From the NCBI GenBank assembly GCA_030390025.1, contig CM059432.1, forward strand, positions 39,186,001-39,250,000: a DNA stretch of 64,000 nucleotides. Direction: 5' to 3'. A model generated the notes under the pieces. The model saw only the letters and a program-made list of their open reading frames with translations. It did not search any database and was not told the origin of the DNA. Position 1 is the stretch's first letter. Each line of letters begins with the position of its first letter. Positions 41,283 through 53,164 of this stretch are shown piece by piece. A program made the translations under genes and the position numbers. This DNA comes from Squalus acanthias. Taxonomy: Eukaryota.

Positions 41283-42121
41283 GGGTTGGATTTTCCAAGC
41301 CCTGAGGAGGCGGGCATGGAGGCGGGACAGCCAGTAAATTCAGAGAAAGTGGGGGCAAAGGCACCCCCATCCCGCCTCCGTGCCCTTTTGCCAGGAGGCG
41401 GGAAGATGTGCAGCTTCGGGTCCCATCTCCTGGTGACGGGAAAGGAATTTAATCCTTTTAACTGCCTGTTAACAGGTAGTTAACAGGCAGAAAAAAGGAT
41501 TAGTGCCATTTTACCTTCACAGGTGAAGGCTTCCCGACCTTGGAGAACCCCGCCGGGTTGGAGGAGACGTGGAGGAGGTCTGCGGGGGTCGGAGGCACCT
41601 GGAAGTAAGGTGTAGAGGTGAGTGATGGGTGCAAGTGTGGAGTGGTAACTATGCAAGGTGAGTGATAAGTTTTAAAAAGTGTTCACTCACCTTGTTTTCT
41701 TCCTACAGCCTTCAGCCGTGGTGGATCAGGAGAGGCGACATCCTCCTTGTCAATTTCACAGACTGGCTGTTGGAACCTCCGAACCAACAGCCATGTGAAA
41801 TTTACAAATTTGAAAGGTTTGATAAGTCCTGAACACAAGGTCTCATCAAACTAAAGAGAATGTCAGTGTTTGACAGCTTCACAGAGCTGTCAAACGCTGA
41901 CATTTCTTCTTTCAAGAAATCTTGACAGATAGCACGTCTGACGTTGACATGCTCTGTCAGTGACTTCCTCCCTAATTGGCCTGCTGAGCCTGCAGGGTGG
42001 GCTTAACAAGCTCAATCAGGGGAAAATCCCTCTGGTTGGTCAGGCGAGGATGGAGGCGGGACATTGACATGACAAGCAGCAGTCCCTCATCCAACTCGCC
42101 TCCATTCACAAAATCCAGCTC
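41283..42121 (+). mobile_element. Non-autonomous Harbinger (family M relative)
   Basis: TIR GGGTTGGATTTT / AAAATCCAGCTC; TSD ATA; shares internal palindromes with 1353-2174. Confidence 0.88.
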
Positions 42122-43210
42122 ATAGAGTCATAACGGCACAGAAGGAGGCCATTCGGCCCATCGAGTCCGTGCCGGCTCTCTGTAGAGCAATCCAGTCAGT
42201 CCCATTACCCCACTCTATCCAATAGCCCTGCAAGTTTATTTCCCTCAAGTGTCTATCCAGTCTCCCCTTGAAAACAATGAGTGTCTCCGCTTCCACCACT
42301 TCCGTTGGCAGCGAATTCCAGGTCATCACCACTCGCTACGTAAAAAAGTTTTTCCTCACATCCCCCCTGTATCTCTTGTCCAAAACCATAAATCTGTATC
42401 CCCTAGTCCTTGTACCATCAACTAGTGGGAACAGCTTTTCCCCGTCTAGCCTATCCAAACCCGTCATAATCTTGTACACCTCTATCAAATCACCCCTCAA
42501 CCTTCTTTGATCTAATGAAAACAAATCCAGCTTCTCCAACCTGTCCTTGTAGCTAAGATCCCCCATTCTACTCAATCACTCCTCATAGGACAACCCTCTC
42601 ATCCGAACAATCAATCTAGTGAACCTTCGTTGCACGGCTCTAAGGCAAATATATCCTTCCTCAGCTAAGGAGACCAAAACTGTGTGATTTCACCAAAGCC
42701 CTGTACAATTGTAGCAAGACTTCCTTACTCTTATACTCCAACCCCCTTGCAATAAAGGCCAACATGCCATTTGCCTTCCTAATTGCTTGCAGTACCTGCA
42801 TGCTAACTCACTGTGTTTCCTGTACGAGGACACCTAAATCTCTCAGAACACCAGTATTTAATAGTTATTCATCATTTAAAAAATATTCTGTTTTTCTCTT
42901 CTTCCTACCAAAGTGAATAACCTCACATTTCCCTGCATTATACACTGCCACTTTATTGCCCACTTACTTAACCTGTCTATAAACCTTTGCAGGCTCTTTG
43001 TGTCCTCCTCACAGCTTACTTTCCCACCTAGCTTTGTATCATCAGCAAGGAAGAAACTTTTACAAGAAATCTAACATTGAAATCTTGCATCAACATATAT
43101 AAAACTAATGAATCAATAGCAATGCAGCTGAAAGAAATAAGTACCCAGGAAAAATGACACCAGATATGAAGCTAAAATGTTTGAAAATTCCTAAAATGTC
43201 CTGCTTGATG

Positions 43211-44617
43211 TGTAAAGGAATAGCCATATTTAGAAAAATACACCACCCTATGAATAGAATTCTGACTTTATTAAAACATGACAGACTGGGTTTAAAAATC
43301 TAAAAGCCTCAACAACACAAAGCTGTAAACACCATACAGGATTTTGAGATAAAGATCAGTTGTTGACACTGAAACAAAAGCTTCATTGAAACAGAGGGTT
43401 GGAGGTTCCTAGAAGTCTGAAGTTTTGGAAAGAGCACAATGGAATCCCCAGTTAAGGTGTCATAAACCAACACTTTGAAATGAATCACATAAATTAAAGA
43501 AACATATGCCTTCATAAATATGACATCAAATGAAAGACAGGAGACATAATTCTTGGCACAACCAATTGAAGTAGCTAGGAAAACAATCACGTACTCGGTT
43601 GAAGTGTTTATAATTTACATGTTGTAAAAAGATACAAACAGAAGACTTTCATAAATATGACATCAATAGATGCACCAAGCAATCACATTGTTTATGTGTT
43701 AAACTTGGAGCAAATAGGAGACACGAAGTCTGTTTAAAACCAGCTGAGGTGATTTAAGAATTGAATAGAAGACCTTCGTAAGAATGGCATCAAATAGATA
43801 CATCTGTTATAACCGTTTTTATGATAAGTTTTGAACACCTAAAGTAGAGACACAAGTCTGCAAGCTAACAACTGAACTGACAGTAAGAATAGAAAGAAGT
43901 CAACAGAAATATAACTAGAGATAATTAGCTTACATCAGCAGCACACTTCAAGGGATATGCCACTGAAAATAGGGTTTAAATATAGGACTTTCAAATAGGA
44001 AGACAGAATTCGCTGGAAGGGGCAAGCGATTCTCAGCTTCAGAGACAGGCTCTGAAAGCCTACAACTCTTTGAGTCTCGGGTAATCAAAGGTATTTTGAT
44101 TTTGGTGGATATCCTGGATTAAGAATAAGTAGAAATGTAAAAATGTAACGAAGTTAAGATTTGAGAATAAGGATCTCTGAGAATAAGAATTGTAAGCTAT
44201 TTGTTTTTAGAACTGTTAAAGTTGCGATTGAATCACCAACTGTTAACTGCAAGTCGGTTCTTCAATAAATCTATATATTTTTAGAATTATCTCACATAAT
44301 ACTTCTGTATCAAACTCGCGAACTCAATCTCTGTACACTCTTTGGTGAGGAGTTGCAGAATTCATGGGGAATTTTCCGGACCCTCATAATATCCAGAAGG
44401 TTACAGTCTAGTTAAACTTATTAAAAGTGCTATCTGGAGGACGGTAACATCTTCAAGTCATTCCTTTCTTTTAGGGAGAGATAGTCTGGACCTTTAGACC
44501 CAATTAAGCATCTTGTAGGATTCGGCTATCTCTAACTTTAGTTGAAGGTGAATGTCTGGGGAATACGCCTGACCCGGGGTGGCCCGAAAAGGGCTAGGAC
44601 TAGTAATTATCCCTTCA
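43211..44617 (+). mobile_element. Solo LTR, 1407 bp
   Basis: TG...CA termini; TSD GATG; TATA-like site near 43975; AATAAA at 44264. Confidence 0.88.
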
Positions 44618-45421
44618 GATGTTGGAAATGCAATATATATTTTAAGAATGGAATAATTTCTCAGCCAGGTGACCAACGTCCAGAAATGGAGGCATTGAGT
44701 GGATATGTACTGTAGATGAAATTGCTGGTAACTCAGGTGAAAGTTATTGGATTGGTAGAAGACCAGTATGACCAAAATATTAGGGATAATTTTCTAATGT
44801 TGCACTCCCAGTGGGAGTTAATATTGGAACTTTGGGCTAGTTTTTCACTTTCAGTGGTGGCAGCAAACTGGGGTTAGCGATCAATGGAATGGAAACCATG
44901 GCAGAGTTTGGACAAGTTGAAGTTTGTGGAGGATGGAAGACAACAGGAGAGAATTAGAGTAATCAATTCTGAAGGTGAGAAAGTCCCATCATTTCAGGTA
45001 GAATGTCCCAGAACTAGCAAGGCGTGTAGGGAGTCATTAGAATGTCTCCCAGCCCAATTTTACACTCCTGTCTGCTGGAGTAACATCAGGGAGCTGGTGT
45101 AACTTCAGCATAAAATTCCAGGCTCAAGTGATTTGCAGCTCTAGTTTGTTACCAATTGAACCTAATAATAAAAGCCACAGTTTAAATGATTCCTTCTGTG
45201 GGGGAGAGGAAATGAAATCTTGACTTCAGTCCTGTTGCATCAGAGTTACTGTAGTTATTTGAAACTATGCCATATAATTGCACACGTATCTAGCAGAGGC
45301 AACCCATTCATGAGGATAAGGTGATCAGTCATTTGATAAGGTCCTGGCTGTGTGGTAGAAGATCAACAACTGAGAACATGTGCTGCTGTAACAGTGATCT
45401 GAAGAGGAATATAAAGATAAT

Positions 45422-45580
45422 GTGGATGAAATTGGTCTTCGCTCATTGCGCAAAACGGGCAATAGCGAAACAGCAGCTCACTTTACATCCAATGGAAAAG
45501 AAAAGCAGGTAGGGTGTAAAACGGGGTGCCGATTGGTTATTTCCCATTTTGTCCTATTGCTGAAGACCAATTTCATCACC
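45422..45580. mobile_element. Short MITE
   Basis: Perfect 16-bp inverted repeat GATGAAATTGGTCTTC at 45425-45440 and 45562-45577. Confidence 0.65.
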
Positions 45581-46016
45581 AGTGATGGATACAGTGATCT
45601 TGTACAAAGGAATAGGGACTCACATTCAACTTTGGCGGGGCGGAAAACTGATGGTAACGGATTGGCTGCCTGTTATACACCCCCGATTTTCCTTTCCATT
45701 GAAGATTACCCTCATAGTTTCTCTTCAATTTTATTTAATACATTTTATTTCCAAACAAACAACAAAAACAGCTGAAATAGGTGGACATTTTAATTCACTC
45801 TGAGGGGGTAAGCACTGTGGAGCTGGATTTCCTTGCCATTTACGCCGCACATACCATACTGGAAAAGCAATGGCAACCTTTTTGTGAGAAAAGTCAGATG
45901 AAAGCCATTTTCACCAACTCCCACGTTTAAACGGCATCCCCTGAGTTTCCTCCTATTTCTGCAGCTCTCCCACGGTCCACCTGTGGAGTCACCACTGGCC
46001 GCATTTGAATATGTCA

Positions 46017-47410
46017 TGAAGGGATAATTACTAGTCCTAGCCTTTTTCGGGCCACCCCGGATCAGGCGTATTCCCCAAACGTTCACCTTCAACTAAAGTT
46101 AGAGATAGCCGAATCCTAGAAGATGCTTAATTGGGTCTAAAGGTTCAGACTATCTCTCCCTAAAGGAAAGGAATGACTTGAAGATGTTATCGTCCTCCAG
46201 ATAGCACTTTTAATAAGTTTAACTAGACTGTAACCTTCCGGATATTATGAGGGTCTGGAAAACTCCCCCAGAATTCTGCAACTCCTCACCAAAGAGTGTA
46301 CAGAGATTGAGTTCGCGAGTACTATGTGAGACCATTTAAAAAATATATAGATTTATTAAAGAACCGACATGTAGTTAACAGTTGGTGATTCAGTCGCAAC
46401 ATTAACAGTTCTAAAAACAAATAGCTTACAATTCTTATTCTCAGAGATCCTTATTCACAAATCTTAACTTTGTTACATTTTTACATTTCTACTTATTCTT
46501 AATCCAGGATATCCACCAAAATCAAATACCTTTGATTACCTGAGACTCAAAGAGTTATAGGCTTTCAGAGCCTGTCTCTGAAGCTGAGAATCGCTTGCCC
46601 CTTCCAGCGAATTCTGTCTTCCTATTTGAAAGTCCTATATTTTATACCCTTTTTTCAGTGGTATATCCTTTGAAGTGTGCTGCTGATGTAAGCTAATTAT
46701 CGCTAGTTATATTTCTGTTGACTTCTTTCTATTCTTACTGTCAGTTCAGCTGTTAGCTTGCAGACTTGTGTCTCTACCTTTAGGTGTTCAAAACTTATCA
46801 TAAAAAGCGGTTATAACAGATGTATCTATTTGATGCCATTCTTACGAAGGTCTTCTAGTCAATTCTTAAATCACCTCAGCTGGTTGTATTACAGACTTCG
46901 TGTCTCCTACGTGTTCCAAGTTCAACACAAACACAATGTGATTGCTTGGTGCATCTATTGATGTCATATTTATGAAGTCTTCTGTTTGTATCTTTTACAG
47001 CATGTAAATTAAAATCACTTCAACCAGATGCACCATTGTCCCCCTAGCCACCTCAGTTGGTTGTACCACATAATCGTGACTCCTGTTTCATTTGATATCA
47101 TATTTACGAAGGCATATGTTTCTTTAATTTATGTGTTTCATTTCAAAGTGATGGTTCAAAACAATTTAACTGGGTATTCTTATTGTGTTCTTCCGAAAGC
47201 TCAGACTTTCTGGAAGCTCCAATCTGCTGCTTCAGTGGGGCTATTGTTTTAGTGTCAACAACTGATTCTTATCTCAAAAGCCTGTATGGTGTTTACAACT
47301 TTGTGTCGTTGAGGCTTTTAGATTTTTAAACCCAGTCTGTCATGTTTTAATAAAGTCAGAATTCTGTTCATAGGATGGTGTATCTTTCTGAATATGGCTA
47401 TTCCTTTACA
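46017..47410 (-). mobile_element. Solo LTR, 1394 bp, same family as 43211-44617
   Basis: TG...CA termini; TSD GTCA; on minus, TATAAAA at 46640-46646 and AATAAA at 46352-46357. Confidence 0.88.
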
Positions 47411-48446
47411 GTCAAACGTGAGAGCTAGTGGTGACATTTCCTGCAGTTGGATTGATGCTGCACTGAGAGTAAGTTAGACACAGTTCAGTGAGAGGCAGCA
47501 GCTGCCAAGATCAGCTGTTGGAATTCCTGGAACAGAAAAGGCTGGAGATCTTTTAAATCCAGATTTCTGCAGGTAGGAAACTATTTTTAAAGCAGTATCT
47601 TTTGCCATGTGGCCCTTGCTTCTGACTGCTTCTCACAGGGTCGGACCACCTGCCAGTTTTTGGTCTTCCCAGCTTCTCACCACCCCCTCCCCCAGCTGCT
47701 TCTCAGGAGCAGTTAGTGCTTTCCCTGTAAACATCCATTCTGATGCTTCTTCTAGATGCCACTTGAGGGTCAGGATTACAGTAGTTGGTTGGCTGATCAT
47801 ACCCTACAAACAGCTCATGGGACCCTCGTCTCATGGTAACTTGCTTCTTGGCAGCTTGTTGTCACCTCCCACGTTCTACTGATGCTATGAGAGGGATAGC
47901 TGGAGGCCTAGCACATGCCACTGTCCTGAGCAACGGTAGTATCATGCAGCTGGGACTCCTGGGTGGCTTGGTCCTCATCAGCCTCTTCCTTCTCCTGTGC
48001 TGCATGTTGCTGGAAAGGAGGGTATGAGCATTACCCCCTTGAGATTAAGGTGACCGAAAAGGCGGTGGAAGCTTCTGCCTATGTGGTGCCTCTCAAGGAT
48101 GCTCTGGGGACTGTGCAAATTGTCGCCGATCTTTATCTCCCATGGCAAGAGCTGAGTGGCTCTCCACGAGCTCCATGGCCTTGCCCTTGAAGGTTTAAAG
48201 CTGGGGATGCCCCTCTGGTGGGCTGCCTTTGGTGGGCATTGTGTGCCAATGTGCTCTGCAAGACAATATCATGAATCAGTAGGTGGTTGGCTGATCATAA
48301 CCTACAAAAGGCTCGTGGGACTGAGGTGGCCTTCGCCTCATGGCAACTTGCTTCTGGCAGTTTGGTGCCACCTCCCACATTTCACTGATGTAGGGACATG
48401 AAAGGAATGGCTGGAGGCCTAGCACATGCATCCTAACCCATGCATC

Positions 48447-49170
48447 CTCGCAAGGATCTGTGTTGGGGCCTCAAATATTAACAACTTAGATGATGAAATA
48501 GAAAGCCACATATCCAAGTTTGACACAAAGATAGGTGGCATTGTAGGCAGTGTAAATGGAAGCATAAAATTACAAAGAGATATTAATAGATTAAGCGAAT
48601 GGGCACAACTGTGGCAAATGGATTTCAATGTAGGCAAATGTGAGGTCATCCACTTTGGACCTAAAAAGGATAGAACAGGGTACTTTCTAAATGGTGAAAA
48701 GCTAGAAACAGTGGAGGTCCAAAGAGACTTGGGGGTCCAGGTACATAGATGATTAAAATGTCATGAACAGGTACAGAAAATAATCAAAGAGGCTAATGGA
48801 ATGCTGGCCTTTATATCTAGAGGACTAGAATACAAGGGGGTAGAAGTTATGCTACAGCTATACAAAACCCTGGTTAGACCACACCTGGAGTAATGTGAGC
48901 AGTTCTGGGGACTACAGTTAGGAAACACTTCTACACGCAAAGGGTGGTAGAAGTTTGGAACTCTCTACCGCAAACAGCAATTGATACTAGGTCAATTGTT
49001 AATTTTAAAAATGAGATTGATAGATATTTGTTAACCAAAGGTATTAACCGATATGGACCAAAGGCGGGTATATGGAGTTATGTCACAGATCAGCCATGAT
49101 CTCATTGAATGGCGGAACAGGCTCGAGGGACTAAATAGCCTACTCCTGTCCTATGTTCCAATGTTCCTAT
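48447..49170 (+). mobile_element. CR1 3' fragment with internal deletions
   Basis: KLQRDINRLSEWAQLWQMDFNVGKCEV; (TTCCTATG)-like tail. Confidence 0.88.
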
Positions 49171-49222
49171 AAGGGTAAGGCTAGCAGGTAAGGAGTGTGT
49201 GCCAAGTGGCATAAGAGAGTTG

Positions 49223-49350
49223 GCGAAGGGTCATCGACCTGAAACGTTAACTCTGTTTCTCTCTCCACAGATGCTGCCTGACCTGTCGAGTATTTCCAGC
49301 ATTTTCTGTTTTTATTTCAGATTTCCAGCATCCGCAGTATTTTGCTTTTG
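49223..49350 (+). mobile_element. Short Penelope-like terminal-repeat insertion
   Basis: GAAGGGTCATCGACCTGAAACGTTAAC...; 11-bp TSD TAAGAGAGTTG at 49212-49222 and 49351-49361. Confidence 0.7.
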
Positions 49351-49493
49351 TAAGAGAGTTGAGGAACTTGAGCCCATTCAAAACTCTGCTGCCGGTATCC
49401 TAACTCGTACGAAGTCCCATTTACCCATCATCCCCGTGCTTGCTGATTTACTTTGTCTGCCGGTCCGGCAACGCCTCGATTTTAAAATTCTCA

Positions 49494-49594
49494 AATAGAA
49501 ACAGAAAATGCTGGAAATACTCAGCAGGTCAGGCAGCATCTATGGAGAGAGAAACAGAGTTAACGTTTCAGGTTGATGACCTTTCGTCAGAACA
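49494..49594 (-). mobile_element. Short Penelope-like insertion inside L2
   Basis: 13-bp TSD TTTAAAATTCTCA at 49481-49493 and 49595-49607. Confidence 0.75.
49559..49593 (-). ncRNA. Minimal type I hammerhead ribozyme motif
   Basis: GUU-CUGACGA-A-AGGU(CAUCA)ACCU-GAAAC-GUU-AAC: conserved core, stem II and palindromic stem III. Confidence 0.6.
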
Positions 49595-49824
49595 TTTAAA
49601 ATTCTCATCCTTGTTTTCAAATTCCTCCATGGCCTCTCCCCTCCCTATCACCATAAACTCCTCCAGCCCTACAGGCCTCCAACATCTCTGCGCTCCTTCA
49701 ATTCTGGCCTCTTGCGTATACCCGATTTTCATCGCTCCACCATTGGTAGCTATGCCTTCAGCTGCTTAGGCCTTGAGCTCTGGAATTCCCTGCCTAAACT
49801 TCTCTGCCTCTCTACCTCTGTCTG

Positions 49825-50388
49825 ATGAGCGAGGGGGTTGGCAATCAGTGTCAGCACCATCTCCTCCCAGATTTGATGTGCTAATGCTGAGTAGCTTAAC
49901 GGCACCCACATCCAGTAGTCTGTTCTTCCTGCCTTCATTACCCTCCAGAAGAGCTTGTAGATCTGAACAATGGAAGTTGTGAATTCTTCTCCTATGGCTT
50001 GATGCCATGCTCTGCTGCCCTCTGGGCACAGATGGTGCTTGAGTATTCATAATGCAATAAGACTATTGCTAAGACATGTAGTGAAATTATTTGCGGGTGA
50101 GGGGAAAAAGCCAAGCACTGTTGCTCTTGTTTTTTGTTTGCCCCCCCCCCCCCCCCCATTCTGCTGCTACAGGGTGCAGGCTGAACTGTGTTTTAAAGGC
50201 AGCACAGAAATGCCCAGGTAATTCAGCTGCTTTCACTGGTTTCTCACTAATGCCTGCACCAATGGGAATGCAAATGTAAAGACCCAGGAAACTTGGGTGT
50301 ATCTCCCTCTGGAGGCCACCAGCAGATGCAACAATTTTTTTTAAAGGCGCAGCCGTAGTGTAAGTCATTTCAAGGAAATTCTAGGCCT
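49825..50388 (-). mobile_element. Old Harbinger end with a Myb/SANT N-terminal remnant
   Basis: MASSHRRRIHNFHCSDLQALLEG resembles MASQRPRSAPRFDDVALQALIEG; TIR-like GAAATTCTAGGCC at the right. Confidence 0.55.
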
Positions 50389-51817
50389 ATCTGTTTGAAT
50401 ACACAATAATAGTGGACAATTGAGGAGCATTAACAGTGATACCTATTGCGCCTGTATTTCATGCATATTCTGATGCACCATCAATTGTGATTTGCAGACA
50501 GAAGTGGTGAAAGAAGCCATGAATTTCCTCTGAGCTTTTCCCGCTCCACCACCATAAATGGAGTTTCTGCCGAACTTCCGCTAAAGTTTCGGCAGCGGAG
50601 CAAAAGAAGCATCAAGGAAGTTTACCCCCAAAGTTTTGAAGGGGCAATGATTGGGCTTGGGCATAAATACTCCAAATATCCACTGGTGGCGATGGACCAT
50701 TCCTTGTCTTTATAAACAGAGGCATTGAGAAACTTTAGCACTGAAAATCCCAAATCTGAGTGGAAAAGGGCTGTATTCCTGCATTCTGATGAGGAGGATT
50801 TACAAGAATTTGGGAAACAATGATTACTAGAGGACAGTGATTATTACAGTAGTCCCAAAGCAGCTGTAACCAGATATTACACACCCAAATGACAATGCTG
50901 TTAAAGAAAGAATATGATCTGAATGAAGTGTGGTAGATAATGTGGTTGACTGAGCTATCTGAAAGCAGAGTGGAAGATGTGAATAATCAGCCAAAGGTGA
51001 CTGTTATGAAGTTAAATATTAAGCAATGAAAACCAAAACAAACAGACACAAAAGCTCAAGGAAGGAGTGTTATTTCTGTGGTGGTGCATATTGTGAAGAA
51101 AATGCATGATAAAGATCTTTACATTTCATAGAACTCTGGAAGTTGTTAAGGTGGAAAATGATCTGTTATTTAAAAGTGCAGAATTCCAACAATTCTCAGA
51201 ATATCTTATGTTTCTCACAGAAGGATAACATCATATTGGCCAGAGGCCAGCGAATCACAGAATTATAGAATCATAGAATTATACAGCATAGAAGGAGGCC
51301 ATTTGGACCATTGTGCTTATGCCGGCTTTGAAAGAGCTATCCAATTAGTCCCATTCCCCTGCCCTTTACCCATAGCCATGCATTTCGTCCACTTCAAGTA
51401 TTTATCCAATTCCCTTTTGAAAGTTATTATTGAATCTGCTTCCACCACCCTTTCAGGAAATGCATTTCAGATCATAACAACTCGTAAAAAAATTCTCCTC
51501 ATCTTGCCTTTGGTTCTTTTGCCAATTACCTTAAATCTGTGTCCTCTGGTTACTGACCCTCCTGCCACTGGAAACAGTTTATCCTTATTTAATCTATCAA
51601 AACCATTCAAGATTTTAAACACATCTATTGTTTCTCCCTTTTATCTTCTCTGCTCTAAGGGGTACAACACCAGCTTCTTTAGTCTCTCCATGTAACTGAG
51701 GGCCCACATCCCTGGTACCATTCTAGTAAATCTCCTCTCTCTAAGGCCTTGACATCCTTCCTAAAATGTGGTGCCAAGAATTGGCCACAATAGTCCAGCT
51801 GAGACCTAACCATTGAT

Positions 51818-53164
51818 TTATAAAAGTTTGGTGTAACTTCCTTGCTTTTGTACTCTATGGGCTCGATTTTGCCAGGCCCGAGGAGGCGGGATTGGAGGCG
51901 TGTGAGGTGTTAAAATCGCAAAAACTGGCGGGCAGGCCCGATCCCACCTCCATCCCACCGCCGAGCAATTTTCCCACATGCGAGTTTTCTGACCCCGTCT
52001 CCATCCCGCCTCCAAGATGTGATGAGCCACTTGTTCCTCCGGCATCTGCAAGCCACGATGCTGTGACATGTTGTGAAGTGCACAGCAAACCACGATGATT
52101 CTGGAGACCCTGGCTGCTGAGTACTGCAGGGCTCCACCTGATCTATCCAGGCATCTGAACCGCATCTTCAGCAAGCTGATGGTTTGCTCGATTATGGATC
52201 TGGTGGAAATGTGGCTCGAGTTGTAGCGCTCCTCAGCTTCGTTGGATGGGCTCCTCAATGGCGTCATTAGCCACATCTTCAGGGGATAGCCCTTGTCTCC
52301 AAGTAGCCATCCGTTAAGTTGGTCTGGCGGACTGAAGAGCGGAGGCACACTAGACTGGCGCAGGATGAAGGAGTCATGGCAACTGCCAGGGTACTTGGCA
52401 CAAACATGCAAAATTTCCTTCTTGTGGTCACACACCAGCTGTACGTTGAGGGAGTGGAAGCCCTTGCGGTTGACAAAAATACCTGGATTGTGATGGGGTA
52501 CCTTAAGGGCCACATGTGTGCAGTCAACGATGCCCTGCACCCTTGGAAAGCCTGCCAGATTGTCAAACCCAACCGCACACACAGTTACACTGGCTTGATC
52601 CTTGGAGAAATGGATGTGATTGTGCACGATGGCAAAGAGGGCATCGGTTACCTGCGTGATGCAAGTGTGTGCGGCCGCCTGGGAGATGCCGCTGATGTCT
52701 GCTGCTGATCCCTGGAATGAGCCTGAAGCAAAAATGTTGAGTGCGGTGGTGACTTTGATGGCCACTGGTAAGGGGTGTCCACCTGCTCCTCTGGGCTCCA
52801 GGTCTTGCTGCAGCATTGCGCAGATGTCACCCACTACCTCTCGCGAAAGTCTGAGCCTCCTTTGGCACTGCTGCTCAGTCATGTTGAGGTAGCTGATCCT
52901 TTGTCTGTAGACCCTGTTTGGGGGGTATCTGCTGCGCCGACGGGCTTCCATGCGCTGGCGCCTTCTAGCCTGTGCAGCTTCAGGTGGGTGAGCAGCAGCT
53001 TGGCGCTCCTGTTGTTGCTCCTGCAGTTGGTGCTGCTGTTGCTCATGGTTCTGCTGCTGCCGCGGCTGTTCTTCGTCCGAATCTGATGTCCAGGAGGAAA
53101 GGAAATAAATGGTTCCCATTCTTCTGGTATATACCTCAGCAGACTTTGGCCTGCTGCTGGACAT
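51818..53164 (-). CDS. Harbinger (HARBI1-like, DDE_Tnp_4) transposase ORF; native ATG probably at 53119; native C-terminus lost
   Basis: Uninterrupted 448 codons with [60 protein letters not shown] and CCALHN; reads through the left arm into CR1. Confidence 0.9.
   Translation of the reverse strand: MSSSRPKSAEVYTRRMGTIYFLSSWTSDSDEEQPRQQQNHEQQQHQLQEQQQERQAAAHPPEAAQARRRQRMEARRRSRYPPNRVYRQRISYLNMTEQQCQRRLRLSREVVGDICAMLQQDLEPRGAGGHPLPVAIKVTTALNIFASGSFQGSAADISGISQAAAHTCITQVTDALFAIVHNHIHFSKDQASVTVCAVGFDNLAGFPRVQGIVDCTHVALKVPHHNPGIFVNRKGFHSLNVQLVCDHKKEILHVCAKYPGSCHDSFILRQSSVPPLFSPPDQLNGWLLGDKGYPLKMWLMTPLRSPSNEAEERYNSSHISTRSIIEQTISLLKMRFRCLDRSGGALQYSAARVSRIIVVCCALHNMSQHRGLQMPEEQVAHHILEAGWRRGQKTRMWENCSAVGWRWDRACPPVFAILTPHTPPIPPPRAWQNRAHRVQKQGSYTKLL

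Larger units (their letters stand above)
40361..42561 (-). mobile_element. Short CR1 3' fragment whose (ATGACTCT)n tail hosts two Harbingers
   Basis: LSYKDRLEKLDLFSL ORF 42336-42575; 13-bp TSD at 40348-40360 and 42562-42574. Confidence 0.88.
39933..43048 (-). mobile_element. CR1 LINE (outer host of a nested cluster)
   Basis: Matches 7440-8320; split at a duplicated CCCATTCTACTCA. Confidence 0.9.
49362..49822 (+). mobile_element. L2 LINE 3' fragment
   Basis: IQNSAAGILTRTK...LPVRQRLDFKIL; homologous to 15680-16271. Confidence 0.85.

Noticed and set aside
43211..47410. Single DNA transposon or Polinton with 1.4-kb TIRs, or an assembly fold-back
   Set aside because: Each arm has its own distinct 4-bp TSD, the outer flanks do not match, and the arms have diverged.
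51818..53164. Host HARBI1 gene
   Set aside because: It lies between perfect TIRs with a TSD inside a CR1, so it is a transposon copy rather than the domesticated gene.
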